32,000 nucleotides of DNA, taken from assembly GCA_022650485.1 (NCBI GenBank), contig JALCPP010000002.1, positions 248,007-280,006 of the forward strand, written 5' to 3'. How positions within the stretch are numbered: the first letter of the stretch is position 1; each line of letters starts with the position of its first letter. The position numbers were made by a program, and so were the translations under genes. Of this stretch, positions 30,873-32,000 are shown one piece after another. The notes below the pieces were generated by a model, which had not been told where the DNA came from, made no database searches, and was given only the letters and a program-made list of their open reading frames with translations. This DNA is from Oscillospiraceae bacterium (GTDB taxonomy: Bacteria > Bacillota > Clostridia > Oscillospirales > Acutalibacteraceae).

Positions 30873-32000
30873 TTGATTGAATTTAAAGATGTAAGCAAAA
30901 CTTATGATGACGGTTTTGAAGCTGTTCAGTCTTTGAGCTTTAAAATAGAACCTGGAGAGTTAGTTGTGTTAATAGGCCCCAGTGGGTGCGGGAAAACCAC
31001 CACTATGAAAATGATTAACTGTCTTATACCTCATACTGAAGGGAAAATATTCATAGAAGGACAGGATATCGACAAGCTGGACCCCGTTATTCTCAGACGC
31101 AATATTGGGTACGTCATTCAGCAAATAGGTCTTTTCCCTCACTATACCATTGCAGAAAATGTTGGTCTTATTCCAAAACTGAAGAAGTGGGACCCGCAGA
31201 AAATAAAAGCCCGCACCAATGAGCTGATGAATATGGTTAATCTGGATCCGTCTTTGTATGCAAATCGCTATCCCAAGGAATTATCTGGAGGGCAGCAGCA
31301 AAGAGTAGGCGTTATTCGCGCACTGGCCGCAAACCCGGATATCATACTGATGGATGAACCCTTTGGAGCGCTTGACCCGATCACGCGGGGGCAGCTTCAG
31401 GATGAACTTCTCCGTATTCAGAGTACGATGCAAAAGACGATTGTCTTTGTCACCCACGACATTGAAGAGGCACTGAAACTGGGCGACCGTATCGCAATCA
31501 TGCAAAAGGGACACCTTTTGCAGATGGACACGCCCGATCAGATTCTGCTGAATCCCGCGCATGGATTTGTTGAAGAATTTGTGGGTAAAAACCGTATCTA
31601 TCAGAATCCGGCTTTGATTCCTGTTGTGGATATCATGAAGGAAAATGTCGCTGTGATAAGGCCGGAGTTTTCACTTTCCAAAGCGCTTAGTCTGATGCGC
31701 CAGAGAAAAACAGATACCCTTGTCGTTGTGGATAAGAGCAACGCTCTGCTGGGTATTCTATCGGCTTACGGTTTACATATCAAGCAGGATAGTGCCAACA
31801 CGGTGGAAAAATATATGAAACCCGCCAAACCGGTTCTTGACCGCTCCGCTTCAGCAAAAGATGCCTTTGTTCAGATAACACAGGCACCCTTCGGTATTAT
31901 TCCAGTTGTGGATCATTCCCGGAAAGTTCTTGGAATTGTCACAAAAGGGTCGCTGCTTTCCGCTTTTGCGAATCAGTGGACGGAAGAAGAGGAGGGAGAA
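30873..32000 (+). CDS. opuCA: Osmoprotectant (glycine betaine/carnitine/choline) ABC transporter ATP-binding protein with tandem CBS domains, 3'-truncated by the window edge
   Basis: It is absent from the ORF track because no stop lies in the window. The TTG start comes 8 nt after SD AAGGAGGT. The frame is open for 376 codons to the window end. IGPSGCGKTTTMKMIN, IGYVIQQIGLFPH, LSGGQQQRVGVIRALA, LMDEPFGALDPITR and FVEEFVGK, followed by CBS-pair sequence, track B. subtilis OpuCA almost block for block (recalled). Confidence 0.9.
   Translation, partial: MIEFKDVSKTYDDGFEAVQSLSFKIEPGELVVLIGPSGCGKTTTMKMINCLIPHTEGKIFIEGQDIDKLDPVILRRNIGYVIQQIGLFPHYTIAENVGLIPKLKKWDPQKIKARTNELMNMVNLDPSLYANRYPKELSGGQQQRVGVIRALAANPDIILMDEPFGALDPITRGQLQDELLRIQSTMQKTIVFVTHDIEEALKLGDRIAIMQKGHLLQMDTPDQILLNPAHGFVEEFVGKNRIYQNPALIPVVDIMKENVAVIRPEFSLSKALSLMRQRKTDTLVVVDKSNALLGILSAYGLHIKQDSANTVEKYMKPAKPVLDRSASAKDAFVQITQAPFGIIPVVDHSRKVLGIVTKGSLLSAFANQWTEEEEGE

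Noticed and set aside
31281-31562. 93-aa minus-strand ORF in the last kilobase
   Set aside because: It is a shadow ORF inside the opuCA coding frame, which is open from 30873 to the window end and carries full ABC ATPase motifs.
1-32000. Mobile elements, CRISPR arrays, tRNA/rRNA genes, phage-defence or toxin-antitoxin modules
   Set aside because: I found no terminal inverted repeats flanking transposase-like ORFs, no regularly spaced direct repeats beyond the 12-bp triplet at 30658, no cloverleaf-compatible segments in the spacers, and no nuclease/ATPase/TA-like proteins.

Overview
Chromosomal segment whose gene content and signals (SD-led genes, sigma-A-type promoters, AT-rich spacers between GC-richer genes) suggest an anaerobic Firmicute, probably Clostridia; the taxon is inference. 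I support 31 protein-coding genes and recognised no rRNA, tRNA, CRISPR array, IS element or prophage. From 0 to 19.3 kb the content is ordinary: a TrmB-regulator/LysA-like decarboxylase operon, thioredoxin, a macro-domain deacetylase, membrane pyrophosphatase HppA, a MATE exporter, a tightly coupled HAD-YaiI-FAD protein trio, an SGNH hydrolase, L-lactate dehydrogenase, feoA-feoB plus a Cys-rich FeoB-associated peptide, a polar amino-acid ABC transporter, and a 2-hydroxyacid dehydrogenase with a membrane GGDEF cyclase. Two regions deserve follow-up. (1) 19.5-28.2 kb is a contiguous sulfur-trafficking locus. It holds a YeeE/YedE transporter split into two genes with a TusA-like gene between them, a LysR regulator, a TauCAB-like sulfonate ABC importer, a second full-length but divergent YeeE, and a CoA-disulfide-reductase/rhodanese fusion. 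That last pair is preceded by a perfect match to the clostridial Rex operator consensus. (2) 28.5-30.4 kb is a three-gene PspA/IM30 module: a 4-TM protein, PspA, and a bitopic GIDE-like membrane protein, behind an AT-rich repeat-bearing control region. The window ends in a 3'-truncated opuCA, which was missing from the ORF track and is preceded by a 440-bp leader with orphan promoter/hairpin pairs and a 12-bp tandem repeat. All protein family calls come from motif recognition by eye; no database search was run.
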